From: Trichodelitschia bisporula | Taxonomy: Eukaryota | Assembly: GCA_010356995.1 (NCBI GenBank) | Contig: ML996688.1 | Location: 744,001 to 808,000, forward strand | Reading direction: 5' to 3' | DNA: 64,000 nt | The notes under the pieces: model-generated | What the model was told of the DNA's origin: nothing | The model's input: the letters and a program-made list of their open reading frames with translations, nothing else | Database searches by the model: none | In this document: piece by piece, positions 1 through 13,500 of the stretch | Layout of the letters: each line of letters starts with the position of its first letter | Position numbering within the stretch: the first letter of the stretch is position 1 | Made by a program: the position numbers and the translations under genes

Positions 1-1204
1 GCTTCTCTCCCGTATGCGAGTGGTTGTGAATCCGCAGCGAGCTAGGCCGCGAAAACGCTTTCTTGCACGTCACGCACACGTACCGGTCCTGTGACTGCGG
101 AAACTCGGCCGCGCTGGAGGGCGAAATGTAGTGGTGGTGCTGCCACGGATTACTCGTCGAGGGGCCCATAGCGGATACCGACGCGCTGTGTGGGTGAGGG
201 TATGACATTAGGTTTACGGATAGCGGAGGCGGGAAATTCGAAGGCAGCGGCCGTTGCGCGTACATGCTCGAGTTCGGTGCCGAGTATACTTGAGAGTCGG
301 AGGGGTGGAAGTAAGGGTTGGAAGAGAGGGCTGGAGAGGGCGTGAAGGTGGAGGAGGCGGCGCTGGGTGACGGGTGGTAGCTCGATGCCGATGTCGGCGG
401 TCCGTAGGGCGAAACGGCATAACCGGACGAAGCGCTGTACGGCGATCCGGGGAACATGCTCGACAACGGTGGTTGTGTGCTTGCGTACGTGGGGACCTGC
501 TGCTGCTGTGCAGTCGTGTACACGCTGTTGATCTGCGGACCGCTGAGTCGAGGCCGCTTGCGGGGGCCGTCGGAAAAGCTGTGTCGTTGGTGGTTCGGCT
601 CAATGCTGCCGTTGTTCGTCGAGTTGCCGATGTAATATGGCGGCGCGGATACGGTCGAGTGGGGCGACGTTGCGGGAGGAGAGTTGTGGTTATGGGATTC
701 GATCACTGTGGTGGGGTCCGGGCCCAGAGGCGGGGTCAGAGGAGGGACGACTCGCGAGCTCGTTACTGCTGGCGCGTACGTCTGAGTGAGGGTCTCCGGC
801 TGAAATTCGGGGCTCTGTCCCGCGTTGGTGGCCTGCTGCTCTTGCTGGGCTTGAGTTGCTAGAACTCGTCAGAGCTATTTCTCACCACGCTACCGAAGCA
901 CTCTAGGCAGCTACTCACCACCTTCAGTCATGCCCAGAAGGCTGGAAATCGATGGTAGAGACGGCTTGTTGATCTCCTCGCTTGGTGGCGACGGCGGTTC
1001 CTGCGGTGCTGGCACCTTGTGGGTGTAGGTGAATTCGAAGGACTGCGTGCTATGATTTGAATACGGATTCGAGAGAAGACCAGATGCTGCGTTGTACTGA
1101 GCCTCGTACGGACGCGATAGCGAGTGAGTGGATGCTTGCCGCATGTAGCGGGGCGGCTCATGGGGTTCTGCTTGTGGAATGTGCACCATGCTGGCGACTT
1201 GCAT
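1..1204 (-). CDS. mtfA: C2H2 zinc-finger transcription factor, MtfA-like (3' end runs off the window)
   Basis: Exon 1 1204-919, intron 918-859 (GTGAGT...CTGAC...TAG). Exon 2 is open to base 1 and ends NPWQHHHYISPSSAAEFPQSQDRYVCVTCKKAFSRPSSLRIHNHSHTGEK, the WQHHHY plus first finger signature of Aspergillus MtfA. An LPSISSLL motif is in exon 1. Confidence 0.85.
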
Positions 1205-4200
1205 TGCTCAGTAACTTCAAAAAGTCGAGGAAGGCGAAGGAGGAGATGCTGGGGAGATTATGAATAGTCGCAGGCTGATGGACGGAAAGGGAATGACGTC
1301 TAAAAGTGGAGTTGCGACCAAAGCAGATGGCGAGCAAACCTGGGGTAGGTGACGATACGAGGTGGGGTGGGGGGAAGGAAGAACGGTCCGGCTGTATCAC
1401 AGCCTTGATGGGGTAAAGAAACCAAGAGAGGGACGGACGAGGAAGGTTTCAAAGCTCGCAAGCGGGGAAGGGGAGGTGAAAGCAGAAGGAGGTTCGGGAG
1501 GTTCGGAGGAAGGCTGAGCGCTTTTGGAGTCTTTCTTTGGCAAGGCGGGTTTGGTGGGACTTTTTGGCAACGGTGATGCAGCCAGATGCTTGCCGATAGA
1601 TTGTCCCATCAGCCGTGCCCTGCTTCACAACGGTGGCCAGGGGAGTCGATCCGCCTCGGGATCCCGGCCTGTCAATCTCTAATCCGCTGGTTATCACTCA
1701 GCAGGAGCCTTTGAAGGTCGGCGCGGGCCATGCAAGGGTAGCCGGCGAGAAAGACAGGCAAGCGATGTGATGCGCGTAGATCGAACAAGACGCTATATTG
1801 AGGGGCTAGGCCGTTAAGCGTCTCAGAGGTAATAATGGCCTCGGTTAATACAGAGCTAAACCCAGCACCGCGCGTCCGGGTTGATGTGGGATTAGACGAG
1901 GGAGTTTTTAGACCTGTGCAGAGTAGGTGGTCGCTGCTTTCGTGCCCCGTGCCTCCCTGTCTGTTCCAGTTTTCAGTTGCCGACGCTTTGGGCAGTCGAG
2001 GGCTGTTTTCTCGGGTTGACCGGGGAATTTCGAGAGTGGGGGGCCAGAGATCGATGAATGGGGAGAATGACAAGGAAAATGGAAAGGGCCACAACTTGCA
2101 CAAGAATGTGGAGTGCGATAGAAGCAGACAGAGTATAGAGATGGGAGACGGCACGGCCCACTAGTGACTTTCCTGTATCCGCCACAACGCTTGCCTCTCC
2201 GCTTCTGGCTTGCAGTGTTTAGACTCTAGGATGACCGTTGGTGATCGTAGTTGGTAGGGGAGAAGGTGGAGGGGTAGTTGAAGCGGGGGAGTGCGTTGGA
2301 AGAGAAAGAAGAAACACGAGGAACATGAGAAGACCAGAAGAAGAAGCCGGGAAGCCTTGTTACCTGAACTGGGGTGTGGTGGGACTTCCTTAGGGAGCCC
2401 AGAAGAGCGCCCATACGCCCCCATACATGCTCCTGCTTCGGCCGGCGCAGCAGCAGCCGCTTAGTACGCAGAAAGAAGCTGATGTTCGTTTGCCTGCTCC
2501 AACGGCCGCGTATCGGAGGTGGGAAACACATGATTGACAACATGGGGCAATGATTTCCAAATAACCATTCGAGAGATGACCCTTGTCCAACGGAAGGGTC
2601 GGGGTGCAGAAGACTCGCTTGCTTCAGACAAGCAGCAAGTGGCAGAAGATGGTGCATATGGGGGGGAGCGGGTAGACTGGGGGAGTTGAGAAAGCAAGGC
2701 CTTACGGGAACAACTTGCAGCGAGCAGATGGGAGGGGTGTGGTGTGTATGGTGGAGAATGGGGCGCAGACGACAGATACCTACACCCGCACACCTTCTCC
2801 GTCCACGCTCCGTCATGGGCGCAGTCCAGAGGTTGCATGGCGGGACGGGTTGGAGGACTGGCGGGCTGCATGGCGGGGAAGGTGGAGGAGCCTGGAGGCA
2901 GTAGTGGCATATGTGCATGTGCGTGTGGCTTACTAGGGTTGCATAAAGTGAGATGGGATGAGCCTGAATGGGTGGATGAGGGAAGAGTAAGGTGAATGGC
3001 GTACGGTAGTAGTGTGTTGGTGGTGGGGGAAGAAACGGAGTAGGAGTTGAGATGGGCCAGTCGGGTCATCATCTCATGCCTGAGGAAGTGCCTGAGGAGG
3101 CGAGAGCAGGGGTCTGTCTCGGCATGCTTCAGAGGGGAGGTGGTTAAGGGGAGAGGGAGTGAGAGAAAGGGAAGAGCATGGGGCGGAGCTGTGAGGTGGA
3201 AAGAGGAGGTGGAGTGCGGAGGCGGGGGAGGGGTCTAGGGTGGAGCGGGGGCGGGAGCGGGGCTGAGGATGTTGTTGTGGGTTGCGATGGCGGTGGCGGA
3301 GAGAGAAGGAGAGATCATGGGGGAGGAGAGGAGGGGAGGGGAGGTGGAGAGGAAGAAACGGAGAGAGAGAGAGGAACTCTGCCCCCGCCCAGTTGCCAAG
3401 AAATAGGATGAAGCCGTGAAGAGTGGAAACAGAGCCCCGCCACGCCCGCTCCGCCCTCACTCCGCCCAAAAATTAATCCCCGCCACGCCACACCAACGCC
3501 ACTCCACAACACAACCAAGCCACGTCAACGCTTCTCATCTCCTCTCGGTCTTCTTCCCTCTCTGTCTTCTTCCTCTCTTTCCTTCGATGCAACAGTAGTA
3601 GTTTACCTCCTTACTCGGCACGAAACTCCGTGGAATGCTCAATCGCCATTGATGATCAGCATCCTGTTACTGCTCTCGTCGCTCACTCTCCCATCCCAGG
3701 AGGCGCTCAGGAACGCTCGCGGGGGGCTGCTCGCGCTCAGAGCACCCACCGCTGTCAAACTGCTGTCCACGACACCTGCGCATCTCGCGTCAGGGTGTAC
3801 CTTTCCACGGCATCTCATGGGTGGTACCTGGGTGTGGTCTTTGCTTGCCTTGCCCTCCCCTTGTCTCGTCTCTCCTCTACTTACCCCTCCTACTCTCTTT
3901 CCATGTTACCGAAGTGCCCATCCTCGATCCATGATCCCATGGCCCTAAGGCCTCAGGCCGTGTGTCTGTTTCGACTTTCTAACGGCGGCCCGTCTCCGGA
4001 TAACGGCAACACAAGATGGCAGCGAACAGTTTCCACCACATGCGATCGAACACCTTTCATCGCACGGAAGTCGTTCTTTCGACGTGGATTGTCCCGCAGT
4101 AGTCGCTGATACGAACACTGTCGCCATCTACGTCGTAGCGGCGGATGGGCCAGCCACTCGGCTGAAAAGAAAGGAAAAAAAAACAGGTGCTGCGGCCCCC

Positions 4201-7200
4201 CCCCCCCCCTCCACATCTCCATGCCCTACTCCCCCACCCCCGCTTCGATGCTCGCCGTTTCTCCCGTTGCTGTTGATCACCCGCCACGCGCGCCAAGCCC
4301 GTCGATGGGGCGCGATGGAGGCTTTGACTGGCTTCAAGCCCTTGATGCGCTTCCCGTCGGCCTTACGGGCCCGGCTGACCCCCGTCCGACGCCATGTCAG
4401 CCAACCGTCAACTTATGCTCTGGTGAGCAGTATGGTTTGCGGCATTGTGCCTTACGAAGCTGCCGCCTGTGCGCGGTCTGCGGTGCGGAGCGGCTTGTGA
4501 GGAACGGAAAGCGGAATTTCCCGCACTGCCCGTCCTTACTCAACCAAGTAAGCATGCATCGCTTCCGTTATCTTCAACGGACGCTCGTCTCTCGTCGCTT
4601 GTCTGTCCCCAACTTTTTTTTCGCCAAGTACGTACCCTATCCTACCTTCTAAGCGACAGGACGAGCACGCCTGTTTAGGAACAATGCCCGTGCTGGTCGT
4701 GCGGCTTTGGCCAGGGGTGGCCAGTTGACGGATTTTGCAGAGGTTCCGGCGGTAGGTACGGGATATAGCGACAGGACGCGTCTCAGACGGCACCGTATTG
4801 CCGCCCCGCGTGCGGAGTGGGGTGCCGTGGGCGGGGTGAGTGCAATATGCCATGAGTGTGGTGACGCTGTGTGACGCACAACCCCCCCGCACAAGTTCAC
4901 CACCAGTTTGCTGGAGACACGGCACCTCCATTTAATCTGCATTCACCTCGGGAAATCAGCACAGGAACACTACGAATAGGTCAATACTTTGGATGAAGAA
5001 GAGGGGCAGCCACGCGTTTCTAATCATAGGCCAGGCGGCCACTGCGCGGTACGCGCACAATTATTGTGCTGGAGATTTGAGGACTGATGTCGCGTCCCCC
5101 AATCTATTTCATACAGGTACCCGGGCGTACTCGCAATCCCGTAGCCGAAACGACACTCGCGTGTGGGCTGGGTGTGCGCGGGCGCAATAGCAGGGCGTGT
5201 TATCTTCACAGCGACCGCTCGAGCTCGAAGCGGCGACGCGTTGGCAACATTGGCAAAACGTTCAGCGGTCGCGATGACGCTTTTCCAGGCGGCGCAGCAC
5301 GACGAGGATGCGCATGCGAGGCGGCCCGGAGAGGTCGTTTTCCGGCATAAAGCTGCACGGGTTGGGAAGGCTGCAGAAAGCGGTGCAGGAACGAGAGATG
5401 TCGGCCATCTCCCTACCGACCTTTGGCCGAGCAGAAGTTCAACACCTGATCAGCGAAGATGGCGATATCGCGATATCGACCATCATGGCAGAGTGGCGCC
5501 GCTGTGTGACGCTCTTTGATCGACCGGGTGAGCGTCGATCGGCTCGGCTGCGAACAGGCCGCGTGCAGCGTGGGCAGAGCCAGAGCAAAGCTTGTTGTGT
5601 GGATGGGATGGGGGTGAGCAGGCCATCCTAACGGCTGACAGGGGTGAATTGGAGGGGTTGATCTCTTCGTTACAGGCTGGCGTACCGCGTACTGCATAGC
5701 TGCGAGCTGTGAGTGTCATAGAACTTTTTGAGGAACTCGGCGCTATTCCACACACATACGCAGCACACAGCCACCTAGTCGCTCACCTCACACCCACACA
5801 TACTGCACACTGCACCGCTGCACGACTGCACGATACGGCTAATGCCAGCAAGTCGACGGCCCACTGAGAGAGAGATAGCGGCCAACGGCGAAGAGGCAGG
5901 CGCTGCCTGAAACCTGCGCCAGATATGCACGGGTAAGGATTATCCCGGCTTCCGGCGTCTTGACCTCACTCGCAGCAATGTTCCTTCATGTCCCCATGTC
6001 CTCTCCATGTCGGATTAACCACCAAACTCTGCTCTCTCAACTCTCCTTCGACTCTCCCACCCCCGTCTTCCTCATGCCCACGGCACCACTAGAAGCCCTG
6101 CCTCGGCTGCAGCCATCGAGATCCCCTCACCCACGTCCCTCCTCATGCCCCCCGGAAGTACTATGGGGATATGGCGTCCCACGCACGCCATGACTTATGA
6201 GGCGCTTCGAAAGGGCAGATTCCCCCAGTCTCGGATCTTCTCCCGCTCGTAGATCCGCCCACCGCTGTCGAGGCTAGCATCTGGTGGCTACAGGCGACAC
6301 TTCAGCCCTGGCTTCGTTTCGCAACTCCTGGCGACCTCGACAAGCCACGGGCTGCGGGACCCAGACTTCAACACACCTTTCTCTCGATGCACCTTCCTGC
6401 GAGGCCCTCGACTGGTTGCCAACAACGAATAAACGCGCATGCTGCCTTTCCAAACGCGAACGTCGTATGCGAGGCTGAGCTGCGCCACTTGAATGCCCCG
6501 GCGTCGCTTTTCGGAAACGTCTACCGTGTCTGCATATTGGTGCCTCTACTGCTCAGACCATATGAGAACTTTGCGCTACTTATTCGTCCGTTCCCGGAAC
6601 CGGGATCGGACCCACCCGAGTTGATGCCGAAATCACCCTCACTTGGGGCTACGTGAGATGATCTCTTCAAATTCCGGGAGTTTTTTTTAATGGTGTGCTT
6701 ATTTGGCCTAGGAAGGACGTGCTGAGGCTCTGGCGGATCCCTTATCATGCAGCAGATTTCTTTCGCCGCGCCGGGCCTAAGTCGCCGTTACCAGCATATT
6801 GAGGTTCATGAACCAGAGTCTTTGTTTGTTCCTGCCCTGGGAGGACTGGAACCCTGCTCTCCTCGTCCATTCCTGGAGGTCTGGGGGCCGATGATGATTT
6901 TCAAAACAGCCCAATCCGGAAGGTACTTTTGATTCCCTGCAGCGCGTTCAGGAACCCAAGGTACCTTGGGAGGAGTAAACTCCTCGAGTTGACATTTCGA
7001 AACACAATTGCGCAAGGATCTCACTTCCATTCCAGGAGGACTCGCGGGAATATCGAAGCTTTCTACATGTGCTTCTGGCGCCTATGTGAGGCGCTTGCTT
7101 CACCTGCACACCAGCCTGTGCCGTGGTTGCCGCGCTATCTCCCACGTTCATATACGACGCAACCAGTTTCCAGGAAAAGCCGGTGCACGTAAATTGCCGG

Positions 7201-7797
7201 CGAGGAGATTGGACTCAAGAGGTACGCAACTGCCCAGACATTCATATCGATCCCATATGGATCTTCCCGTCGATTGACGGAAGAAACCCGTCTATCCACG
7301 GCAATCCTCATGCTTCGTAGCTTGGTTTACTACGTAGGCCCCTCTCAGCGCCCATGCGCGTCCGGAATGCGCGTCTTCCGCCCAAGCATATTCACCTATC
7401 TCGGCCCCCCGTATATTGCTGCTTCCGGCAGCCGTGATTCAGTCACTCGCGGGCCCTGTTACTCGGTACCACACCACACAGCTCGCACGTTGCTATCTTC
7501 ATGAAGGACCATTATGCCTGGCTAGCTTCACTGGCGCTGCACCATGTAAGCACGCATACAACTCAGCGTAGGCCACATGTTCCGTGGCCGTCATCACAAC
7601 CTTTGAGTTCGCCTATCCCTCACACAATCGTCTCCACTTCGCAACCGCACGACGGTAGACCGCACCAGTCTCGTTCGATGCTCGCAGGGAGTCCGCAGGG
7701 GTGATCACCTGGCAACCCGGTCCGCGCCCAACGGCATTTGCCATCACTTTGCAGCGCCGCGCTCAAACCTCCGACAGGACTTCTTCTCTGCCCCTCC

Positions 7798-7902
7798 NNN
7801 NNNNNNNNNNNNNNNNNNNNNNNNNNNNNNNNNNNNNNNNNNNNNNNNNNNNNNNNNNNNNNNNNNNNNNNNNNNNNNNNNNNNNNNNNNNNNNNNNNNN
7901 NN
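7798..7902. other. Assembly gap (105 N)
   Basis: Run of N characters. Confidence 1.
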
Positions 7903-10900
7903 GGCTCACTGGCCGCGGGAGTGCGCTCGCGGAGATCATACCGTGCGGTATATGGATATCTGCCAAACAAGGCTCTGGTGGCGGAGATCTGGGTCGTTGG
8001 TGAGGGGCGGGGTGAGTTTACACTCGGTTGTACGGTAGGATGCTCTTTTGTCTACTGCTTCCAGGGGACAGCTCCCATGTGATGCCGCACAGGGGGGGTG
8101 CTGCGGTGCCTAGCACGCCTAGCATGCCTAGGTCTTGCAAGGCGAGACGGCGCGGGCGGCGCTGCTGCACCGAAGGCGAAGGTTCTACGTTGGGTTGACG
8201 GGGAAGGGGCCCCTGGTCTGTGACCTACGCTCACGCAGGCACAAGCGGGTGGAGGCTGGCCTATCATGGGTCGGGCATGTCTCGAATGGGGAGTTAGGTC
8301 CGATACAGTGACGTTTGAAGGACGGGGGGTGGGCAGGTAATATACGGAGTTTTTGCTCGTCTTTCATGTGTGTTGGGGTGGTAACGGTACTTGGGTCGGG
8401 CAACATGGTGAGGTACTGACAGGAAGGTAGTTCGCGAGTAACGGTCTGGTCTCGTGGGAGCTCAGAGAGCGAGGTTTGTATGCTGCTTGCCTTGTCTCCT
8501 CTCCCTTGCCTTTCCCTTCATCGGCCAATATTCACCCCGTTTAGGGTCTTTTTCTCGCCCCCACCTAATATCGACACTGCACAGCAAACTCAATCTAGCG
8601 CCCGCTGCGATCCGCTAATCTACGCGTGCTCCGGCCTACGGCTGGCGTACTGCGGCGTTTGATCGTGGCAGCTCTCAAACGACTCGTATCTCGACTTTCT
8701 TCGCCCGTGGCGGTTTCGTGGCGGGCTTCCAGGGCGAAGGAAGGGCGTAGATGGTCTCCCTTTCCCCAGTCCCTCACTCTGGGGGTATACTGTCTTTCGC
8801 AGCTGGCATCTGAAGCAAGCTGCATGGAACAGAGCATGTGAGGGAAGGGACAACCCCAGGGGCGGCTGCCTCGCGCACCTGACGGGCAAGAACGAGTACC
8901 CCTACCGCACTTTCCCTGCCCCTGGGGCAGCGAGGCGAGGTACCAGGTACGTGACGTCGGCGAAGGGGAACCTGAGGGTGTTGGTACTTTGTCATGTCCC
9001 TGGCTGAGGATCGGGGGCTGGTTCCGCTCAATACTCAAGGCCTTCAGCTCCCTCGCCTCCGCCTCCTGGTTCTGTGACAGCGGTGTTAGGCTCGCCGGCT
9101 TAGCTTAGCTCAGCTGCTGCTGCTGCTGTGCGCAACGGGTAAGGCGGGCGCGGGGGCAGGCGAGGCGGCCGGGGCGGAGTGGCGTGCGGCCCAGCTGTCA
9201 TGCAACTGCCGCTGTCGCCGTTGGCGCCGTCGCCGTTGGCGCTGCGGGCTGCGGCTGAGGCTGACTTCCAGAACCGACGTCGAGTGTACCAACGTACATG
9301 TTGCGACGGTGGGGAGGAGGAGCCCTCGCGCGTTGGTGGCCGGCCTGAGGGATGAGAATGGAATTCGGTGATGGGCTTTCTGGGTTCCTGCGGGCTCGCG
9401 TAGGGGCAGTGGGGGACTGGTGGGCTGGGCGGTTTGTCTGGTGACGAGGGGCCGGTTAAAGACGGATGGGCGCTGGGAGGAGCTTTGCTGGTGGGGGAGT
9501 TGACGAAGGGAGGTACCGATGGGGGAACATCGCTATTGGTGTTGGTGGCAGAGACTGTGGTGTTGGACTCGACGTCGGTGTACCGTCCGTCGTTCCCAAC
9601 TCCTTGATGCCACCGGGACATTCGAAGGCACCATCGTCAAGTACCTGGGACATGTCCCGTCGTCGCGCACACCTTCAAGCTCAAAGCTCAAACCATCCAC
9701 CCTCGTCCGGATCTTCCTCCTCCCCCTTCATTATCATCTCTTCTTTCCTACATCCCCGTGCGGATTACGGATTCCACTTGAATTCTAATCGAATCACATA
9801 TCTCACTCCCCTCAGCTTAGCTCACGTCTTGGGGAAGCGCGCCAGGCCGTGATGATCTGCCTTTCCAGCTTGTACCCGTCCCTTTGGCAGACACAAGCCT
9901 TGCTGTGCCGTCGAATTCTCTCTCCCGCATGCTCATACATCGCCGTGACGGTCGTGTATCAATCCCGCTCCCGTCCACCGTCCGTCCCATACACCCCATT
10001 GTAAAAACGCAAAATCAACCCCCTGACCCTCACCCCCCTCCCCTTTGCGCCTTCCCTCGCCCTCGCTGCATGACCGCCCATCCCATCCCCAGCATCTGGG
10101 ACTTGTCTCTCGTCCTTTCCATCCCTAAGCCGTAGAGCAGGAAAGGGAGTCCCAGACCATCGTCGAGCGCAGGAAGGCGCCCTCCCAGAACAGGCACGGG
10201 TGGTGCGACCCCGAGCCCGCTTGCTACCACTGCATCCCGGGATGCGAACCCGTCGGTTCCCCGGGCCTGGAGTTCATGCGCGTGGAAGTGCGAGGGCTGG
10301 GCTTGGATCTTTGCCTTTGTGGATGAGGGAGGGTTGATCTGCTGTGCTGTCTCTGTTGGCAAAGATCTGATGCCCATTGTGATGTTCTCTGGGCGGGCGG
10401 TCGCCGCGTAGGCTTGCTAGCCTGATGGTCGTCCTCTGGAGGTAGTCTCTGCTCTCGCCTTGCTTGCGCTCACCCTACGGGAGGCAGTCTATGCTCTAGA
10501 TCTTGCCTGCGCTGGTCCTACATGCAGGAGTGTACGCCCCGTTCTAGCCTGAAGCTCGCGGGCTCCCATCCAAGCCTCGACAAGCTCCAAGCGGTGCTCC
10601 CAACACCAGTTCTAGCCCACGATCCCCCTCCCCAGTGTATGCTCCCATGCCCCCATCCTCTCACCACCCTTCAACGTTCGGCACACACGCACATCCATCG
10701 CTCCTCCTACCCCAAATATTGCTCGTCCCTCCCTCCCCGAACCAGTATAGCCTTATCCACACTTCCTTATCCGTCGTCCCAAGCTGCATATCGCATCATT
10801 CACCGCCCCGCCATTCCTGCAGGGGGTAGTCTGCCTTATGCCTCGCCCAGCGTGAGCTACAGACGGTGGAGCTGCACACGCTGCTATTGTCGCTTGTTAG

Positions 10901-11800
10901 GAGGCCTGGGTAGGGGGCAAGGGGGCAGGGGTGCGGGGCGGGTGATCGGTCGGTTGGGGAGGGGTTGGTGGGGGATGGGCGGATGGGAGGAAAGGAGGGG
11001 TGGGCGGAGGGGAGGAAGGTGGGGAGGGATGGGGGATGGATGGGGGATGGTTGGAGGGGGAGTGGCGAGTCAAGGGTTGACTTCACGTTCACGGCCGCTG
11101 TATGAAGGATGGTTTGAAGTGGCGACGTCGTCTCCTCCGGCTTGTTCCCGCCGTCGAAGCGCTGGTGCTGGCAGCTTGAGACGAGTCATCGCGATGCCGG
11201 GTACACACCTGGGAGACGGGTTGGTGTTGGGCTGCCACCTGGTAGGCTAGGGAGGAGCGAAGTCGGGCAGCTATCTTTCTCGGAGGATGATGCCGTCGCT
11301 GCTCGCTGCGTGTGAGAACAGGCGCAGTCTTACGCTCACTTGCTGCCCTAGGGGCGGTGATGCTCTTCTCATCGCTATGCTCCTCTCATCTATCCGCTCG
11401 CCTCACTCAGCGAAGTCCTTTCCTCCCACAGTGTGCCCTGCTTAACGCCATTGCTCCGCGGGGCAATACGAGCAGGCTGGGCTGATCAATGATCCGCCCG
11501 CTTGCCTGGTGGGCTTCCCGTGTTGGCCCCAGTGGGGGATGAGGCAGATCGTGGGGCGAAGCTGGGAGGGTCGTGTCGAGTTGCGGTTTGTAGGCTATGA
11601 GGGAAGGGGGCGTGAGGCAATGATGTGATGATGTGTCTTGCTTGTCCTCGCCGTATTCGGCACGCTGGGGATTGGCAGAGGGCAGGAGCAACGGGGGCGT
11701 GTCTTACTCTAGCTTGGACTTTGGGAAGGTCGGGACGGTTTACGGGCGTAGGCGCTGGTGACACTGCAGACTGCAGCTAGGTATTGGAGGTTCTTGGGGT
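7903..11800 (-). pseudogene. Several decayed Pro/Arg/Gln-rich reading frames of unknown origin
   Basis: Frames at 9653-8595, 8406-~7905, ~10570-10030 and ~11800-11050 read as low-complexity protein interrupted by isolated stops. No recognisable domain. Confidence 0.35.
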
Positions 11801-12604
11801 AGTTTGACTGAGCAGTGGGCTTGCGCTGTCCGGCACTGCTTATAGTTGAAATTTGACTCGGGCCGGCGTCGCTCTATCCTATGGGACGACTTCGCCTAGA
11901 TAAATGACGCACTACATGTATCTACATCGTGAAGTCTAACTGATCACGACCACTCTGATGAAGCTTGCATCTCCACCTTTTCAGCCGTATCAATGTTTTC
12001 TACAGAGTGCTCAACTGCAGAGGCTGAGTGCTCAGTGTCTACAGTGCACCTGCTAACTCGTCTTTATTTCTTTTTTCAAGGTGCATCCTGTGGCAACTCC
12101 GAGCTCAACGCTTCCTGCCTAGCTTCACCGGGGCCCACTCCCCTCATACACTATCCGCTGGCTTACTCCCAGAATAAGGTCGCAGTATATGCGGTTCTCA
12201 ATGAAGCTATCGACTCTGCTGCACACGTACCATCATTAAGACATCTCGCCGATCGCCTGCCTCGAGCCTCGTCGCGGCGGGCAAAAAAGGTGGCCATGAA
12301 AACGGCACATCAACCCATTCTGACCTTGAGCAAAATGCCGCCTTGGAGCTCGGGTCTCGTGGCAGGCAAGAGCCGGCAGTTCAGATCCCGTCCGATAAAA
12401 TGCATTCCGACGGCAGGCGGCCCGCAAGATTCGTCTCCGTCTCCTTGACTCGGAAGCAAGCCAGCCTACGCCTCCCGGCCGCAATACCCACAAACACGCC
12501 GAACAACATGTCGCACCCTCTCTCCACCTTCTGTGCTCCCGTCCAAGTGCATCGCGTATACGTCCAACCCCGCGTACAGCACCCCCGCTCGTACCTCGCC
12601 GCGA

Positions 12605-13207
12605 TCACAAGTCCCATCTGCTTACGAAGTCAAACCTAAACCAGCCAACCCACCCTTTCGCATCTAACCACCATATCCCTCCGCCTAATTCCCCATCCCC
12701 ATGTCCCTCTCCCCGCCTAGCAGCTCTCCACACCGCAGCCTCGCAGCGGATCTGCGCCCCCAGGTCCCGTCGCACCCGTCCCGTCACCGCAAACAGCAGC
12801 CCAAAATCAACGTCAAAACACACCGGGCGCATGTGATGACCGTCTGCTGTCATCTCCAGCTCGGGCACGACGTCCACGCAGCGTTGTAGCCGGTGGCGCC
12901 ATACACGCGACGCGATTCGCGGACCGCGCGAGGCTGAACGCCACCACGCTGCCGCTAGTGGCCAGTGGGCCGTGGGACGGCAACCGGCATGAGGAGGGCG
13001 TAGAACGGGCCATGGAGATAGGAAAAGAGATGTACTGGAAGGTTTGTACTTATGGAAGTGGATGCTGGTGGGGTTGCCGCTTTCGTGCGGGGTGAGGATG
13101 GAGGTGGGGCTCGGGATGCCGAGGCGGTAATCGGACCGGTGCGGTTCGGGCCGTAAAGGTGGGGCGTGGCTGGATGGTGGCGTCCAGGGCGACTTGAAAA
13201 AAGGCAT
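12605..13207 (-). CDS. Hypothetical protein
   Basis: ATG-initiated 200-aa ORF with a protein-like C-terminal half and a possible intron from ~13049. No domain recognised. Confidence 0.3.
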   Translation of the reverse strand: MPFFKSPWTPPSSHAPPLRPEPHRSDYRLGIPSPTSILTPHESGNPTSIHFHKYKPSSTSLFLSPWPVLRPPHAGCRPTAHWPLAAAWWRSASRGPRIASRVWRHRLQRCVDVVPELEMTADGHHMRPVCFDVDFGLLFAVTGRVRRDLGAQIRCEAAVWRAARRGEGHGDGELGGGIWWLDAKGWVGWFRFDFVSRWDL

Positions 13208-13500
13208 GGCTACTTTGCCAGGTCGTCTTTGCGGAGGGGCGGAGGGTAACAGCTATGACAGCTATGACTTTCCACGTCGCCTCTGGGTGATGGATTCGAC
13301 CGAGACTGTAGAGCAAACGAAGTAGCGACTGGCACGATGATCAGACAGTGGATGATCAACGAAGAAAATGTATTTTGTACAGTCGTCCGGGACCAAATGC
13401 GGTCGCAGATAACATCCCCGGCATGCAATCACCTCATTCCTCAATGCATCCCTCTCCCTTCATCCGCTCATACACTCCAAGGAGCCGCCTACAAATCCAT

